The notes under the pieces: model-generated
The model's database searches: none
What the model was told of the DNA's origin: nothing
Seen by the model: the letters and a program-made list of their open reading frames with translations, nothing else
Translations under genes and position numbers: made by a program
Assembly (NCBI GenBank): GCA_022837635.1
Contig: JALHFY010000002.1
Location: 69,055-133,054 of the forward strand
Reading direction: 5' to 3'
DNA length: 64,000 bases
From: Candidatus Shapirobacteria bacterium
GTDB lineage: Bacteria > Patescibacteriota > Microgenomatia > UBA12405
Part shown: positions 63,202 to 64,000 of the stretch, in pieces
Layout of the letters: every line of letters starts with the position of its first letter
Numbering within the stretch: position 1 is the first letter of the stretch

Positions 63202-63275
63202 GGGTGATTAGCTCAGTTGGTTAGAGCACCGTCCTGATAAGACGGGGGTCAATAGTTCGAGTCTATTATCACCCA
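63202..63275 (+). tRNA. tRNA-Ile (anticodon GAU)
   Basis: GGGTGATTAGCTCAGTTGGTTAGAGC; anticodon stem-loop CCGTC-CTGATAA-GACGG; T-arm AATAGTTCGAGTCTATT; acceptor ATCACCC+A. Confidence 0.85.
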
Positions 63276-63427
63276 CACAGTGTAAAATAAGATATGCAAG
63301 AGAAACTAGAAAAGAGATGTAATTGGCTAAGGGTGGTGGGAGTAATTGGTGCTGGGATTTTGATTGTCTTTGGCAGTTTTGCCAATGCTTGGAGAACTCT
63401 GAAAATGACAATAGAGAAACTACGTAG

Positions 63428-64000
63428 TTAACTGTTGTCTTTAATCCATTTTTCTCTTTTAAGATAAAGGAAACCGAGGATTAAGACGGCCCCGATAACA
63501 GTCAGAAGACTTTCAATTTTATCGAGTCCGTGGGCTAAACCAGTAAAAGCTTCGCCCATTTGGTAACCGACAAAACCAAGAATAGTGGCTCGAATAAGCA
63601 GAGCCAGAAACATGACGGGATAGAATTTAGCGGGCTTAAAACGAAAAGCGCCACAAAAAGCAGAAATGAGGGAAACAGGAACCACGGGAATGGTGACGGC
63701 AATGAGCACAAAAAGTTCATCGGTAATGGTTTTTTGGAAATCAGCTTTGACTTTTTCAATTAATTTCCAGGAGATGCCGATATATTTACCAAATTTATCG
63801 ATTAAAGGTCGGCCGCCATAATAAGCTACTAGGAAAACTAAACTAGTACCGATGACGGCACCAATGGAATAGGGAATAGAAACTCGAGTGAATATCTGCC
63901 AAATGGCTTCAAAAATAGGTAGAGGGCGGTTGATGAGAAAGGCGCCGCCGGACATGGTGATGATGGGGGAAGGGATGGGAACGATGATTTGTTCAACAAC
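63428..64000 (-). CDS. DedA/VTT-family membrane protein (5'-partial, runs off window)
   Basis: ORF continues beyond 63955 to the window edge; DedA-like G(x)3-5FRF..F pattern (FCGAFRFKPAKF). Confidence 0.45.
   Translation of the reverse strand, partial: VVEQIIVPIPSPIITMSGGAFLINRPLPIFEAIWQIFTRVSIPYSIGAVIGTSLVFLVAYYGGRPLIDKFGKYIGISWKLIEKVKADFQKTITDELFVLIAVTIPVVPVSLISAFCGAFRFKPAKFYPVMFLALLIRATILGFVGYQMGEAFTGLAHGLDKIESLLTVIGAVLILGFLYLKREKWIKDNS

Overview
This is a low-GC bacterial chromosome segment with short genes, an M23 cell-wall hydrolase, DUF4012 and a minimal YidC. That pattern suggests a Candidate Phyla Radiation (Patescibacteria)-like genome, but that is inference only. The window spans the replication-origin neighbourhood, with rpmH-rnpA-yidD-yidC-jag divergent from dnaA-dnaN and DnaA boxes on both sides of dnaA. 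It has four tRNAs: Ser-GCU, Arg-GCG, Ser-CGA and Ile-GAU. A type II restriction-modification pair sits next to the tRNA cluster. Housekeeping genes include ftsH, trxB, mscL, fpg, ndk, pepF, a SpoU methyltransferase and a 5'-3' exonuclease. Cell-surface polysaccharide genes include a GT-C glycosyltransferase, an O-antigen ligase-like protein, a flippase and a DUF4012 protein. A type-IV-secretion-like apparatus is present: a VirB4-like ATPase, a lysozyme/M23 hydrolase, a VirB6-like membrane protein and six tandem VirB2/TrbC-like pilin paralogues. A 7TM protein, an ATP-grasp/retropepsin fusion and two RimK-like ligases form one module. The most unusual locus is a ~5.2 kb island (677-5908) bounded by 62-bp direct repeats of the glyoxalase 3' end. 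It carries a NUDIX hydrolase, a GT2, a divergent UDG-family protein, a compact ThyA-like enzyme, a mini nucleotide kinase, ThyX and a UDP-galactopyranose-mutase-like flavoprotein. The ThyA-like enzyme keeps its catalytic Cys and has Asp at the position that specifies dCMP in T4 dCMP hydroxymethylase. This resembles a phage-type pyrimidine C5-hypermodification/glycosylation module embedded in a cellular genome. The genome also carries several families of GC-rich palindromic mini-repeats, many inserted in-frame inside coding genes. A 7-bp AGAAACW minisatellite sits at several divergent promoters. No CRISPR array, integrase or rRNA was seen.
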